From assembly GCA_947085655.1 (NCBI GenBank), contig CAMTXH010000006.1, positions 6,498 through 70,497 of the forward strand: a stretch of 64,000 bases of DNA, written 5' to 3'. Within the stretch, counting starts at the first letter, position 1; every line of letters starts with the position of its first letter. The position numbers and the translations under genes are program-made. This DNA comes from an uncultured Omnitrophica bacterium (lineage in GTDB: Bacteria; Omnitrophota; Gorgyraeia; JACQQV01). A model generated the notes under the pieces. The model worked only from the letters and a program-made list of their open reading frames with translations. It was not told where the DNA came from and ran no database searches. Shown here piece by piece: positions 38,804 through 49,771 of the stretch.

Positions 38804-39425
38804 GTAAAACCTCCTTCCAGACCCGCTCCCTCACTGCCTCGAGAGAAATAGGGGGGATGAATCGGATCCGCTTCGGCTCTGTCCGGACAATTTTCAGGTA
38901 TCCGCGACGGACCTTTTCATGAAACCGGAGCGGTTTTCCCTCCATCCGGTCAAACAGCCGCTTCCGGCGGAGCCGCCGCAGTCCTTCCCGGCTCGACACA
39001 TCCAAAAGAAAAGTAAGATCCGGTTTGAGACCCTGACAGGCAAACGCATCGATTTTCCGAATCAACCCGTTTGCAACCCCTCCCGCCGCTCCTTGATAGA
39101 CGCGCGTCGCATCGGAGAAACGGTCGCAGATCACAATCTTCCCTTTCTTGAGAGCAGGGAGAATCACCTCCTGCACCAAAGAGGCGCGGCAGGTTTCATA
39201 AAGGAGCGTCTCCGATAAAGCACTGAGCCGCTTGTACCGGCGGTCAAGGAGAAGTCCCCGGATCTCCTCCGCAATCGGAGAGCCGCCCGGGTCCCTGGTC
39301 AAAACAACCGGGTACCCCTTCCCTTTGAGCATCCGCGCCAAAAGATGCGCCTGGGTCGTCTTTCCGCACCCCTCGGGACCGTCGAAGGTGATGAAAAGCC
39401 CTTTTTTTATCTTGCGCGGCGCCAT
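38790..39425 (-). CDS. tmk: Thymidylate kinase
   Basis: DGPEGCGKTT, TRDPGG, CDRF, YQG, PDLTFLLD. Confidence 0.95.
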   Translation of the reverse strand: MAPRKIKKGLFITFDGPEGCGKTTQAHLLARMLKGKGYPVVLTRDPGGSPIAEEIRGLLLDRRYKRLSALSETLLYETCRASLVQEVILPALKKGKIVICDRFSDATRVYQGAAGGVANGLIRKIDAFACQGLKPDLTFLLDVSSREGLRRLRRKRLFDRMEGKPLRFHEKVRRGYLKIVRTEPKRIRFIPPISLEAVRERVWKEVLRVLP

Positions 39426-40798
39426 ACTGTTTTTCCTTTTTCATCCTCCAGAATGATTCCCTGACCGAGAAGCTCTTTCCGGAGCCGGTCCGCTTTCTTG
39501 AAATCTCCCTTTTTCCGCGCTGCATCTCTTTCGAAAATCTTTTTTTCAATATCGGGAGCCAAAGTCTCTTCTTTCTTTGGAGGAAAAACCCCCAAAACAG
39601 AAAGGATCTCTCCCAAAAGGGCTCCTTCCTCTTTGACCTCCATCCCTGGTACGGCCTGATTGGCCATTGCTCTATTGCAACGGGTCAGAAGTTCATGAGC
39701 CACCGAAAGGGCCTCCGGCGTATTCAAATCGTCATCCATCGCTTCCAAAAAGGCCTTGGCTAAGGGATGTTTTTCCTCCCGGAGCATTTTGCCGGACGGA
39801 ACGGGATTTTTTTTGAAAAAAATTTCAAAACTTTGGTATGTCCGTTTTGCTTCCTCCAACCTCTCCCACGAAAAATCGAGGGGGTTTCGATAGTGGGTCT
39901 GCAAAAAGTAAAACCGGATCGTCTCGGGGGAGGCCTTCTCGAAAATTTCCTTTAGCGTGATGAAATTCCCGAGCGATTTGGACATCTTCTGGCCGTTCAC
40001 CGTCACAAGGCCGTTGTGCATCCAAAGCGTTGCAAAAGACCGTCCCGCCCCCTCCGCCTGGGCCCTTTCATTCTCATGATGCGGGAAAATCAGGTCAAGC
40101 CCTCCGCCGTGAATCACAAACGGAACGCCCCTTTTCCGGAAAATATCCGTACTCATGGTGGAACATTCGATGTGCCAGCCGGGGCGTCCTTCTCCCCAAT
40201 CGCTCGACCATGCCGGTTCCTCCGGCTTGGCCGATTTCCAGAGGGCAAAATCGAGCGGATGGCGCTTGTTTTCCGCCGGTTCCCCCCGGGTCCCTTCCAG
40301 CATCTCATCCGGATTCCGTCTGGACAGCTTTCCGTAGGAAGGGGCTTTCTTGACATCAAAATAGACATCCCCTCCCGCCACATACCCCGCGCCGCGGTCC
40401 AGGATTTCCCGGATCATCTCCTGCATCGCCTCAATGTATTCGGTCGCCTTCGGCTCCACGGTGGGAGGGTTGACCCCGAGACGCCCCAAGTCCGAGTGAT
40501 AAAGGGAAAGGTACCGTTCGGAGACAGCCCGGACCGATTGTTTCAGGTTCCCCCTTTCCTTCCGGGCCCGCTCGATAATCTTGTCATCCACATCCGTGAC
40601 ATTCCGGACAAAATCAACGGTGTATCCCCGGAAGGCAAGATACCGCCGGATCATGTCGAAGACAAAAGCAGAACGGGCATGGCCGATATGGGACTCGTCG
40701 TAAACCGTCGGACCGCAGACATACATCCCGAGCTTTTTGTCGGGTGCATGGGTTTCCAGGGATTCTTTGGCCCGCGTGAGCGTGTTGTAGAGGCGCAT
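39407..40798 (-). CDS. cysS: Cysteinyl-tRNA synthetase
   Basis: CGPTVY, HIGH, GRPGWHIEC, FPHHENE, KMSKS. Confidence 0.97.
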   Translation of the reverse strand: MRLYNTLTRAKESLETHAPDKKLGMYVCGPTVYDESHIGHARSAFVFDMIRRYLAFRGYTVDFVRNVTDVDDKIIERARKERGNLKQSVRAVSERYLSLYHSDLGRLGVNPPTVEPKATEYIEAMQEMIREILDRGAGYVAGGDVYFDVKKAPSYGKLSRRNPDEMLEGTRGEPAENKRHPLDFALWKSAKPEEPAWSSDWGEGRPGWHIECSTMSTDIFRKRGVPFVIHGGGLDLIFPHHENERAQAEGAGRSFATLWMHNGLVTVNGQKMSKSLGNFITLKEIFEKASPETIRFYFLQTHYRNPLDFSWERLEEAKRTYQSFEIFFKKNPVPSGKMLREEKHPLAKAFLEAMDDDLNTPEALSVAHELLTRCNRAMANQAVPGMEVKEEGALLGEILSVLGVFPPKKEETLAPDIEKKIFERDAARKKGDFKKADRLRKELLGQGIILEDEKGKTVWRRAR

Positions 40799-40813
40799 GA
40801 TCAGGGGGGCTCG

Positions 40814-41515
40814 CTACTTCTGGGCGTGTTTACGCCAGTCCTTCATCTGGTGCTCGATGGTATCGATTTCGTGTTGGAGTTTTTCCAAGGCCTGGGCCAT
40901 CGGGTCGGGAAGATTGGTATGATCCAGATTGATGCCGGGGAACTGCTTTCCGGCCGTCTTCACCACGCGTCCCGGCACACCCACGACGGTGGAGTGGGGA
41001 GGAACGTCCCGGATCACGACCGCATTGGCGCCGATCTGGCTGTCATCGCCGATCGTGATGCTCCCGAGCACTTTTGCGCCGGCACCGACCACCACCCGGT
41101 TCCCGAGAGTGGGGTGTCGTTTCCCCCGTTCCTTCCCGGTCCCGCCCAGCGTCACCCCCTGAAAGAGGGTAACATCCTCTCCGAGCTCTGCCGTCTCCCC
41201 GATCACAACACCCATCCCGTGGTCGATAAAGCACCGTTTTCCGATCTTGGCGCCCGGATGAATTTCAATGCCGGTCAAGGAACGGGCCAGTTGCGATAAA
41301 AAGCGCGGGAGAAACGGGATTTTCCAGAGATAAAGGAGATGGGTGATTCGATGGACGATCAGGGCATGAAGTCCCGAATAGGTCAGGACAACCTCAAAGA
41401 AATTCGTCGCGGCCGGATCCCGTTCAAAGGCGGCCTGTACCTCTTGCCGGAAAAGACCCGCGACGGCGAAAAGACCCACCAGAAAAACGATCAAGATACC
41501 CAGCAAAATTTCCAT
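40814..41515 (-). CDS. cysE: Serine O-acetyltransferase with N-terminal hydrophobic segment
   Basis: RDPAA, TGIEIHPGA, IDHGMGVVIGET, KRHPT hexapeptide repeats. Confidence 0.93.
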   Translation of the reverse strand: MEILLGILIVFLVGLFAVAGLFRQEVQAAFERDPAATNFFEVVLTYSGLHALIVHRITHLLYLWKIPFLPRFLSQLARSLTGIEIHPGAKIGKRCFIDHGMGVVIGETAELGEDVTLFQGVTLGGTGKERGKRHPTLGNRVVVGAGAKVLGSITIGDDSQIGANAVVIRDVPPHSTVVGVPGRVVKTAGKQFPGINLDHTNLPDPMAQALEKLQHEIDTIEHQMKDWRKHAQK

Positions 41516-41528
41516 TGTTCCCTACCGT

Positions 41529-42008
41529 TTAAATTTCTTTGTTGATGACGGAAACGATTGCGTAACTAGCGATCCCCTCCGAGCGTCCCAGAAATCCGAG
41601 TCCCTCGGTTGATTTCGCCTTGACGTTCACCTGCGCTTCCGTAAGCTGCAGGGTCTCGGCCAGTTTCTTTCGAATCGCCCCCTTAAACGGCGCCAGTTTC
41701 GGCTCTTCCGCAATCACCACCGTGTCAATGTTCACAATCTCAAATCCCTTTTCGGTCATTCGTCTCAAAACCCGCTTCAAGAGTTCCAGACTCGAAATAT
41801 CCTTATAGGCGACGTCTGAATCCGGAAAATGTTCGCCCATATCCCCCTCGCCGCAGGCGCCGAGAAGGGCATCGCAGATGGCGTGGGAGAGGACGTCCGC
41901 ATCCGAATGACCCTCTAACCCCTTTTCAAACGGAATTTCGATTCCTCCCAGAACCAGGGGCCTATTTTCGGTCATCTCATGAACGTCGAACCCTATCCCC
42001 AGACGCAT
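41529..42008 (-). CDS. ispF: MECDP synthase
   Basis: GFDVH, GHSDADV, HAICDA, NVKA. Confidence 0.96.
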   Translation of the reverse strand: MRLGIGFDVHEMTENRPLVLGGIEIPFEKGLEGHSDADVLSHAICDALLGACGEGDMGEHFPDSDVAYKDISSLELLKRVLRRMTEKGFEIVNIDTVVIAEEPKLAPFKGAIRKKLAETLQLTEAQVNVKAKSTEGLGFLGRSEGIASYAIVSVINKEI

Positions 42009-42700
42009 GGTTTATCCCCTTCGGATCCCAATAAACTTTCGCAGAACCGCCACTCCTCCCGCGTTGTAATTTTGATGTTCCGCGGGTCGCCGGGAACGAG
42101 AAAGACCTTTTTTCCCAGACGTTCCAACAAAATGGCGCAATCCGTGACCGAGTTTCCACGGCTCCGTTTCGCCTTAAGATATCCTTCCAGCAAAAGCGAC
42201 TTCCGGAAAATTTGAGGCGTTTGAATCTCCCAAAGCTGATCCCGGAGAAGGGTTTCTTTCACAAAACGTCCCCTCCCCCGCTTGACGGTGGAATGGATTG
42301 GAAGCGCCGGAATTGCTGCGCCGTACCGTCGAGCGGCGCGCGCCACCCGTTGGATCAAGGCCCCACTCAACAGAGGCCGGGCCCCATCATGTACCAGGAT
42401 GAACTCTGTATCAGGCGAAAGCCGCTTGAGTCCCCTCCAGACCGATTCAAATCGGCTCGGTCCACCCGGGCAGATGGTTCTCACTTTGCGGAGCCCGAAT
42501 GCCCGGATCAACCGGCCCGCCAGGGGGATGCGGGAACGGCGGACAACCAGGATGATGTCCCGGACAAGCGGCGAACGTTCGAGCGCCAAAAGGGCATGGG
42601 CCAGGATTGGTTTCCGGTCGAGGAGAAGATAGGGCTTTTCAAAAGATGTTTTCATCCGCCTCGATTTCCCGGCGGCGGGGACGATGGCGGTAAGGGTCAT
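41993..42700 (-). CDS. ispD: MEP cytidylyltransferase
   Basis: [25 protein letters not shown]. Confidence 0.95.
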   Translation of the reverse strand: MTLTAIVPAAGKSRRMKTSFEKPYLLLDRKPILAHALLALERSPLVRDIILVVRRSRIPLAGRLIRAFGLRKVRTICPGGPSRFESVWRGLKRLSPDTEFILVHDGARPLLSGALIQRVARAARRYGAAIPALPIHSTVKRGRGRFVKETLLRDQLWEIQTPQIFRKSLLLEGYLKAKRSRGNSVTDCAILLERLGKKVFLVPGDPRNIKITTREEWRFCESLLGSEGDKPCVWG

Positions 42701-42708
42701 CCGAATCC

Positions 42709-43710
42709 TTACCGATGATCTTCTACCTTCGCAAAGACCATCCGGCCCGCCGTGGTCTGGAGGACACTCGTCACCATCACCTTCAGGGTTTGGCCGATCA
42801 GCCGTCGGCCGTTATCCACCACCACCATGGTTCCGTCGTCCAGATAGGCCACTCCCTGATTGTACTCCTTCCCCTCCTTGATGAGCTTCACATCCATCAC
42901 CTCGCCCGGAAGGACGACCGGTTTCAGGGCATTAGCCAGTTCATTGACGTTGAAGACGGTGATCCCCTGCAGTTCGGCGATTTTGTTGAGATTGAAATCG
43001 TTGGTGAAGATCTTGCCCCCAAGTATTTTCGCAAGTTTCACCAGTTTCGCATCCACTTCCGGAATCTCCGGGAAGTCCTCATCCGAAATCCGGACATCGA
43101 CGTGGGTGTTCTTCCGGATTTTATTCAGAATGTCCAGCCCCCGCCGTCCGCGGTTGCGCTTCAGAGAATCCGAAGAATCCGCAATCTGCTGAATTTCCCT
43201 CAGGATAAACTTCGGGACGACGAACCGGCCCTCGATGAATTTTGTCTGACAGATGTCGGCAATCCGTCCGTCGATGATCACGCTTGTATCGAGAAGAATC
43301 ACATCGTCGTTGCGGTCCTGACGGCTGAATTTCACATACGGGATGATGAGGTTGAACTCATCCCGACCCCGCATCGCCATCACCATGCCGAGATAGCAGA
43401 AGACAAGCGTCAGAATCACCTGCAGAGTCAGTAACACCTCCTCCCCGAGCGGCACAATGATGAACGCCCCCGCAAGCAATTTTGCCAGAAGGAGCCCGAA
43501 GACGAGTCCGAACACGGCAGCGGAAAGACCCCGGACACTCACATTGCGCATCGCCAGCTCAAAAACAACCACAATCGTTGATACGACGAGGCCTATGCCC
43601 GCACCGATGAACGCCCACATTTCATTAAGACCTTGTAAAAGACTCCCCAACTGATACCCCACAAAAACACTGACCAGAATGAAAAAAAGACGGACAATCG
43701 TAAGAGACAT
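42709..43710 (-). CDS. Membrane PIN/TRAM-domain protein (YacL-like)
   Basis: Four TM segments, [43 protein letters not shown]. Confidence 0.92.
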   Translation of the reverse strand: MSLTIVRLFFILVSVFVGYQLGSLLQGLNEMWAFIGAGIGLVVSTIVVVFELAMRNVSVRGLSAAVFGLVFGLLLAKLLAGAFIIVPLGEEVLLTLQVILTLVFCYLGMVMAMRGRDEFNLIIPYVKFSRQDRNDDVILLDTSVIIDGRIADICQTKFIEGRFVVPKFILREIQQIADSSDSLKRNRGRRGLDILNKIRKNTHVDVRISDEDFPEIPEVDAKLVKLAKILGGKIFTNDFNLNKIAELQGITVFNVNELANALKPVVLPGEVMDVKLIKEGKEYNQGVAYLDDGTMVVVDNGRRLIGQTLKVMVTSVLQTTAGRMVFAKVEDHR

Positions 43711-43715
43711 CTTTC

Positions 43716-44393
43716 CTACCTCCTTCTTCCGATGAAGCCCTGGTTGCCGCTTTTCTCTTTGTCCGAGTCCTCCTCTTTACCGCGACGCAGCAGCTTCCAG
43801 GGATGACGCCGGATGTCCTCAATAAATTCTTCGAGAGAAAGGTACAACGCATCATTCATTAAAAGTTTCCCGAGAGTCCCCTCCCCCTGCTCCACCTGAC
43901 TCATGATGCGATGAAGGGAGTCGGCGGAATCCTCCAGACGGCCGACCAATAGATACCCCCTCTCGAGCAGTTCATCCATCGAGACGGGGTCGACTCCTTC
44001 GAGACGTTCTCCCTCCTGAAGAAACCGATCGGCATGTTCCCCGGGGTAGATATCCACAAATTTTTCCCCCAATAGCCCCAACGTCTTAATCCTGGCTTCG
44101 GAATTATGAGAAACCAACGTTCCCTCCCGGAGCCAGACCAAAAGGTCCACATGCGTTTTTCCTTCCTCGATCCGGACGGATACTCCCTTGACCTCCCCCG
44201 AAATCACACCCGCTACATGGACCGGTGCCCCGATTTCAAGGCCGTGGGCGCTCTTAAACCGGAGGGTCAGGGTATAGCCGGGGTTCAGAAGGTAAAAATC
44301 GCCGATCGAAAAAACAATCATGAAAAGAATCAAGAGTCCGATAAATGCAAACAGTCCCACCTTCAACTCAAAGTTTGATTGCTTTGCCGCCAT
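43716..44393 (-). CDS. mlaD: MCE-domain protein (MlaD-like)
   Basis: [37 protein letters not shown]; ATG 44393. Confidence 0.85.
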   Translation of the reverse strand: MAAKQSNFELKVGLFAFIGLLILFMIVFSIGDFYLLNPGYTLTLRFKSAHGLEIGAPVHVAGVISGEVKGVSVRIEEGKTHVDLLVWLREGTLVSHNSEARIKTLGLLGEKFVDIYPGEHADRFLQEGERLEGVDPVSMDELLERGYLLVGRLEDSADSLHRIMSQVEQGEGTLGKLLMNDALYLSLEEFIEDIRRHPWKLLRRGKEEDSDKEKSGNQGFIGRRR

Positions 44394-44403
44394 ATCGGTT
44401 CTC

Positions 44404-45153
44404 CTATTGTCCCTCGGTAATTGGGCCGACTGCGGCCCCTGTGATAAATTGGCGCACGATCGGATTCCGGCTGTTCCGGATCTGATCTGGTGCCCCGATT
44501 TCAATAATTTTCCCTTCATACAGCATGGCAATACGGGTCGCGATCTTATAGGCGCTCGTCATGTCATGGGTTACCACGACGGAAGTCACTTTCAGTTTGT
44601 CATGAAGTTCGAGAATCAGATCATTGATGGCATCCCCCATGATCGGGTCCACACCGGTCGTCGGCTCATCATACAACATGATCTGGGGATTCCGGATGAT
44701 CGCCCGGGCAAGCCCCACACGCTTGCGCATCCCGCCGGAAAGCTCTGACGGCTTCATCTCCTCAATTCCTTTGAGCCCCACCGTTTGAAGGGCTTCTCGA
44801 ACACGGGCGGCGATTGATTCCTCATCGAGAGTGGTGTGCTCCGTCAGGGAAAAACCGACATTTTCTCCGATGCTCAAAGAATCAAAAAGGGCCGCCCCTT
44901 GAAAGAGCATTCCGAATTTGAACCGGATTCTCTCCATCTCTCTTCCCTTGGCCCGGGTGACATCCTCTCCGTCCACCAGAATCTGTCCGTTTTCCGGCCG
45001 CATCAATCCGATGATATGCTTCAAAAGGACGCTTTTCCCGCATCCGGATCGCCCGATGACAACCAGGGTCTCTCCTTTCTCAATAGTGAGGTTTAACTTC
45101 CGGAGAACGGGCTTTCGGTTGAACGACTTCGTCAGATTGATAATCTCGATCAT
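44404..45153 (-). CDS. mlaF: MlaF-like ABC ATPase
   Basis: GRSGCGKS, FQGAALFDS, LSGGM, YDEPT. Confidence 0.9.
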   Translation of the reverse strand: MIEIINLTKSFNRKPVLRKLNLTIEKGETLVVIGRSGCGKSVLLKHIIGLMRPENGQILVDGEDVTRAKGREMERIRFKFGMLFQGAALFDSLSIGENVGFSLTEHTTLDEESIAARVREALQTVGLKGIEEMKPSELSGGMRKRVGLARAIIRNPQIMLYDEPTTGVDPIMGDAINDLILELHDKLKVTSVVVTHDMTSAYKIATRIAMLYEGKIIEIGAPDQIRNSRNPIVRQFITGAAVGPITEGQ

Positions 45154-45942
45154 TTAAAAGGCGAAGTAGAAAAGTGTGGTGAACAAACAGTCCGCCGCAA
45201 TAATCAAAATGAACGAAATCACAACCGCAAGCGTCGTCGCCCGTCCCACCCCCTCCGCCCCCCCTTCGACGCGGAAGCCTTCAAAACAGCCGACGATGGC
45301 GATGATGATTCCGAAGAAGACCGACTTCACCAACCCGGTCAGGACGTCTTTCAAAAGGAGCGGTTCATACGTCATCCGCCAATAAAGACTCGAACCGATC
45401 CCCAACTTATACACGCCAAAAAGGTAACCGCCGAGAATCCCGATGTAGTCGGCATAGACGGTCAGGATCGGCAGCATGAAAACGGTCGCCAAAAAGCGGG
45501 GAACCACCAGATACTTGATCGGATTGGCCGCCAACGTTTCAAGGGCGTCGATCTGTTCCGTAACCTTCATGGTACCGAGCTCCGCCGCAATCGCCGCACC
45601 GACTCGTCCGGCAACCACGAGTGCGGTAATGACCGGTCCGATTTCACGCGTCACGGATAAAGACACGAGACTCGGAATATAGATATCCGCCGAGAGTTTT
45701 TGCAGTTGATAAGCACTTTGGAGCGCAAGGACGATGCCGATAAAAAGGGCGATGAGTGAAACGATCGGGAGACTGTCCCACCCGATCACGCTCATCTGAT
45801 GAATGATCCGCCGCCACTTGAGCGGGGGGATAAAAACCCATAAAAGGGTCTGGACAAAAAGGGAGACTGCTCCTCCGGTATATTCGAGAAAGGCGATAAA
45901 CCGTGACCCGATTCCCGTCCAAACTTCCAGGATCCGCCGCAT
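45154..45942 (-). CDS. mlaE: MlaE-like ABC permease
   Basis: REIGPV, AGRVGAAIAAELGTMKVTEQIDAL, GAEGVGRATT. Confidence 0.93.
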   Translation of the reverse strand: MRRILEVWTGIGSRFIAFLEYTGGAVSLFVQTLLWVFIPPLKWRRIIHQMSVIGWDSLPIVSLIALFIGIVLALQSAYQLQKLSADIYIPSLVSLSVTREIGPVITALVVAGRVGAAIAAELGTMKVTEQIDALETLAANPIKYLVVPRFLATVFMLPILTVYADYIGILGGYLFGVYKLGIGSSLYWRMTYEPLLLKDVLTGLVKSVFFGIIIAIVGCFEGFRVEGGAEGVGRATTLAVVISFILIIAADCLFTTLFYFAF

Positions 45943-45949
45943 CGTTTTC

Positions 45950-47314
45950 CTAAAATTTCAGTTGATGTTCAAGCCCGAAGAATTCTTCTTCGCCCTTGAG
46001 CCGGACTTTCAGGTGCTTGTCCTTGAGCAGTTTGTAGTCCATTTCCAACTCCCCCGCCTCCTCTTCCGCCGGAAACCCCTGGTTCAGAAAGGTTTTCAAC
46101 GTCACGGAGGTCGTTCCGTTTCCCTTCCCGAAGACGACCTCCTCCTCGGAGGGCTTCTGCAAGGTCATCTCTTCCCAAACAACCGCATCCGCCTCCTCCA
46201 CGGCAAGGGTCTTGTAGAATCCCTTCCTGCCGAAGGCGGAAAGGTCTACCAACCCGGAAACGGCCAAGAAGCTCTCTTTGGGAAAAACCCGTTCCAACCG
46301 GGATTCCAGCGTCAGGATCGGCCACTCTCCCTGAAAGGTGCCGTTTACCTGTTTGTAATCAATCCCCTTCCTCTTAATGACCCCGTCGTATGCAACCCCA
46401 TGACCGTTGAAGCGAAGTCTCCTGAGCGGCCCCCGCACAAACAACTTCCCCTTAAGACGCTGGGGAAGTTGGGTTAAAAAAGACTCCTCCACAAAGGGCT
46501 CAACTTCTTCCCGCCTCATCTCTGAAAATTGTACATGGGCAGCCGTTTCAAAAGGAGAAGCAAGTTTCGTCCGTCCTGAAGCGCTGACATGCTTACCGAA
46601 CGCGATCCTCCGGAAGGAAAAGACTCCTTCCGATATGGAAACATCGCCAAAGAAACGCTCGAGGGGAAATCCCCTCCACTCCAGACCGCGCGAAACCAGC
46701 TTGGCCCGTAAGGAGCGCCAAGGGGGGCGCTTATTCGGAATCAAAAGATAAAGATCACCGCTTCCGGAGAAGCTCCTTTCCTCCCCCGGCAGACTCCGGA
46801 AGAAAAGTTTTCCCTGAAAGAAAAGAGGGTTCCTCCGGAAAAGAGAAAATTGCACTTTTCCACGATTCGAATCGAGAATCCCTTCCCATTGCACCGAGTT
46901 CGGAAGAAGGGGTGACTTTGCCGAGAGTGTCCCCCCTTCAAACTTAATCCGGCCTTTCAGAGAGCTGAATGCCACGTCCTTCCAATGGGCCTTTCCGTCT
47001 TTGATGATCAAGGTGTACCGGTTTCTTTCCCTTTGAAGATGGGTCCGGTCGAGTCGGATAAATCCTCCCCCCGGAAGGGCAAACGTCAAATCCTCCAACA
47101 CGACCTCTCCCAGTGCATTGAACCGGACTTCCCCCACCGACGTTTCCAGACCGAGCGACTCTGTCAGGGTCTTCCCTGTCCAGAGACGGATTTCCTGGGC
47201 CCAGATTTCCCGCTGGCTTTCCAGGCCCCTCCAGAGACTCACTCCCCCCGCCAAAAGGACCGGAAGGATGCACAAAAAAATCGTTTTTTTCTTACGAGTC
47301 AGGCGCCGGCGCAT
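45950..47314 (-). CDS. Membrane-anchored beta-rich protein, possibly AsmA/TamB-like
   Basis: N-terminal TM; LGLETSVGEV..L.DL pattern; repeated G-rich beta strands; ends GLEHQLKF. Family call is by pattern only. Confidence 0.55.
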   Translation of the reverse strand: MRRRLTRKKKTIFLCILPVLLAGGVSLWRGLESQREIWAQEIRLWTGKTLTESLGLETSVGEVRFNALGEVVLEDLTFALPGGGFIRLDRTHLQRERNRYTLIIKDGKAHWKDVAFSSLKGRIKFEGGTLSAKSPLLPNSVQWEGILDSNRGKVQFSLFRRNPLFFQGKLFFRSLPGEERSFSGSGDLYLLIPNKRPPWRSLRAKLVSRGLEWRGFPLERFFGDVSISEGVFSFRRIAFGKHVSASGRTKLASPFETAAHVQFSEMRREEVEPFVEESFLTQLPQRLKGKLFVRGPLRRLRFNGHGVAYDGVIKRKGIDYKQVNGTFQGEWPILTLESRLERVFPKESFLAVSGLVDLSAFGRKGFYKTLAVEEADAVVWEEMTLQKPSEEEVVFGKGNGTTSVTLKTFLNQGFPAEEEAGELEMDYKLLKDKHLKVRLKGEEEFFGLEHQLKF

Positions 47315-49740
47315 TATCCGAACAGAAGTTTTCCGTCTTTCACGGAGACCTTGACCTCTCCTCCCTCCTTGAATTTACCGAGAATGATCTCTTCGGCAAG
47401 GGGATCCTCGAGAAAACGCTGGATGGTCCGCTTCAAAGGACGCGCCCCGAAGACGGGATCGAATCCCTTTTCGATGAGGAATTCCTTCGCTTCCTTCGTC
47501 AGCTTGACCTGGATCCGTCTCTCTTTAAGGCGCTCTTGAACCTCCTCCACTTCAATCTCGATGATTTTGTTCAAATCGTCCTTCGTGAGCGGATGGAAGA
47601 CAATGATGTCATCCACCCGGTTCAGAAATTCCGGTTTGAACGTCCGTTTGACTTCATCCAACAGTTTCGTCTTCATCTCATCGTATTTCACTTCCTCCTT
47701 CTGCGTCGAAAAGCCGAGGGATCCCTGCTTTCGGATGATCTCCGCGCCGATATTGGCGGTCATGATCAGAACGGTATTGCGAAAATCGACCCGCCTCCCG
47801 AAAGAATCGGTAATCCGGCCCTCTTCCAGGACTTGAAGGAGGAGGTTAAAGACATCCGGATGGGCTTTCTCGATTTCATCCAGAAGGACCACCGCGTACG
47901 GCCGTCGCCGGATCCGCTCGGTGAGCTGTCCTCCCTCTTCGTACCCGACGTATCCGGGCGGCGCCCCCACGAGCCGGGAAACATTGAATTTCTCCATATA
48001 CTCGGACATGTCCACCTGGACCACCGCATCCGGATCCCCGAACAGAAACTCGGCCAGTGTCTTCGCCAAAAGCGTTTTTCCGACGCCGGTCGGCCCCAGA
48101 AAGATGAAGGAACCGATCGGGCGGCGCGTATCCTTGAGTCCTGCGCGGGAGCGGCGGATGGCGCGGGTGATGGCATTAATCGGTTCGTCCTGACCGATTA
48201 CCCGTTTGTGCAGTTCCTCTTCCATCCGGAGAAGCCGGGCAAGCTCCTTTTCCTCGAGTTTAACGACGGGCACGCCGGTCCACTTGGAGACAATATGGGC
48301 GATGTCATCGGCTGTGACCTGCGGGCTCGACTCCATCTTCCTCTCCTTCCAGTCCTGTTTCATCTTCTCAAGGCGCTGTTTGGCCTCGCGCTCCTGGTCC
48401 CGGAGGTTTGCCGCTTTTTCGAAATCCTGTCCCTTGATCGCCGCCTCTTTTTCCTTCCGGAGGACCTCGATTTTTCCCTCCTGTTCCTTGACCTCTTTGG
48501 GCATGGTCATCACGGAGAGCCGGATCCGAGAACCGGCCTCGTCGATAAGATCAATCGCCTTGTCCGGAAGGAACCTTCCCGTGATATAACGGTCGGAGAG
48601 TTTCGCCGCCGCATCAAGCGCCTCATCGAGGATCTTGACCCGGTGATGCGCTTCATATTTGTCCCGGAGTCCCTTCAGGATCTCCATCGTCTCATCCACC
48701 GTCGGCTGCTCGACATAAATCGTCTGAAAACGGCGCTCAAGGGCCGCGTCCTTTTCAATGTATTTCCGGTATTCATCGAGGGTGGTGGCGCCGACACACT
48801 GGATTTCGCCGCGGGAGAGCGCCGGCTTGAGAATGTTGGAGGCGTCGATGGCTCCCTCCGCCCCGCCGGCTCCCACCAGGGTGTGAAGTTCGTCAATGAA
48901 GATGATGACGTTCTCGGAGCGTCTGATCTCATCCATCACCGCTTTGATCCGTTCCTCAAACTGGCCGCGGTATTTTGTGCCGGCGACCATGAGCGCCAAG
49001 TCGAGCGTGATGACCCGTTTATCCCGCAGCACCTCGGGAACATCTCCCGAGACGATCAGATGGGCCAGCCCCTCGACGATGGCGGTTTTTCCGACCCCCG
49101 CTTCTCCGAGAAGGACGGGGTTATTTTTGGTCCGCCGGGAAAGGACCTGGATGACCCGCTCGATTTCGTCCTTGCGTCCGATGACCGGGTCCAATTTATT
49201 CTCCCGGGCGAGCGCCGTCAGATCCCGGCCAAAGGCGTCCAACGCAGGGGTCTTGGTCTTGTAGGAGGTCCCACCCCCGGTCGGAGCACTCTGCGGCGGT
49301 GATCCGGATCCCAGAAGGGCCATCACTTCGCTCCGGACCTTCGTCAGGTCGAGTCCAAGATTAAGAAGGACCTGGGAGGCAACCCCCTCCCCTTCCCGGA
49401 TCAGTCCAAGCAGAAGATGTTCCGTGCCGATGTAGTTATGCCCGAGGGACCGGGCCTCATCCATGGCCAGTTCAATCACTTTTTTGGCCTTCGGCGTGAA
49501 GGGAATGTCGCCGGAGACAATCGTACTCGGGCCGGACTGCACCAGTTTCTCAACCTCCAGCCGGATATTTTCGGAACTGAGTCCCAGACTCCGGAAGACG
49601 GCTGCGGCAACTCCTTCCCCCTCCCGGATGAGCCCAAGAAGCAGGTGTTCGGTCCCGATGTAATCATGGTTGAACCGTTTGGCCTCCTCCTTGGCCAGAA
49701 TGATGACTTTACGCGCTCTTTCCGTGAATCGATTAAACAT
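47314..49740 (-). CDS. clpC: Clp protease ATPase ClpC
   Basis: Two Clp-N repeats, [11 protein letters not shown] middle domain, [11 protein letters not shown] ClpP-docking loop, GARPL. Confidence 0.97.
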   Translation of the reverse strand: MFNRFTERARKVIILAKEEAKRFNHDYIGTEHLLLGLIREGEGVAAAVFRSLGLSSENIRLEVEKLVQSGPSTIVSGDIPFTPKAKKVIELAMDEARSLGHNYIGTEHLLLGLIREGEGVASQVLLNLGLDLTKVRSEVMALLGSGSPPQSAPTGGGTSYKTKTPALDAFGRDLTALARENKLDPVIGRKDEIERVIQVLSRRTKNNPVLLGEAGVGKTAIVEGLAHLIVSGDVPEVLRDKRVITLDLALMVAGTKYRGQFEERIKAVMDEIRRSENVIIFIDELHTLVGAGGAEGAIDASNILKPALSRGEIQCVGATTLDEYRKYIEKDAALERRFQTIYVEQPTVDETMEILKGLRDKYEAHHRVKILDEALDAAAKLSDRYITGRFLPDKAIDLIDEAGSRIRLSVMTMPKEVKEQEGKIEVLRKEKEAAIKGQDFEKAANLRDQEREAKQRLEKMKQDWKERKMESSPQVTADDIAHIVSKWTGVPVVKLEEKELARLLRMEEELHKRVIGQDEPINAITRAIRRSRAGLKDTRRPIGSFIFLGPTGVGKTLLAKTLAEFLFGDPDAVVQVDMSEYMEKFNVSRLVGAPPGYVGYEEGGQLTERIRRRPYAVVLLDEIEKAHPDVFNLLLQVLEEGRITDSFGRRVDFRNTVLIMTANIGAEIIRKQGSLGFSTQKEEVKYDEMKTKLLDEVKRTFKPEFLNRVDDIIVFHPLTKDDLNKIIEIEVEEVQERLKERRIQVKLTKEAKEFLIEKGFDPVFGARPLKRTIQRFLEDPLAEEIILGKFKEGGEVKVSVKDGKLLFG

Positions 49741-49771
49741 GCTCCCCCCTTCCGTTCAAATGAAAAACGCT

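Noticed and set aside
40016-41299. 427-aa plus-strand ORF (and the similar 59034-60254)
   Set aside because: Antisense to cysS/cysE and secA respectively.
42709-43710. PIN protein as a VapC toxin
   Set aside because: Membrane PIN/TRAM YacL architecture in its usual ispDF context; no antitoxin gene.
47536-49302. 588-aa plus-strand ORF
   Set aside because: Antisense shadow of clpC; no recognisable motifs; expected from codon bias in GC-rich genes.
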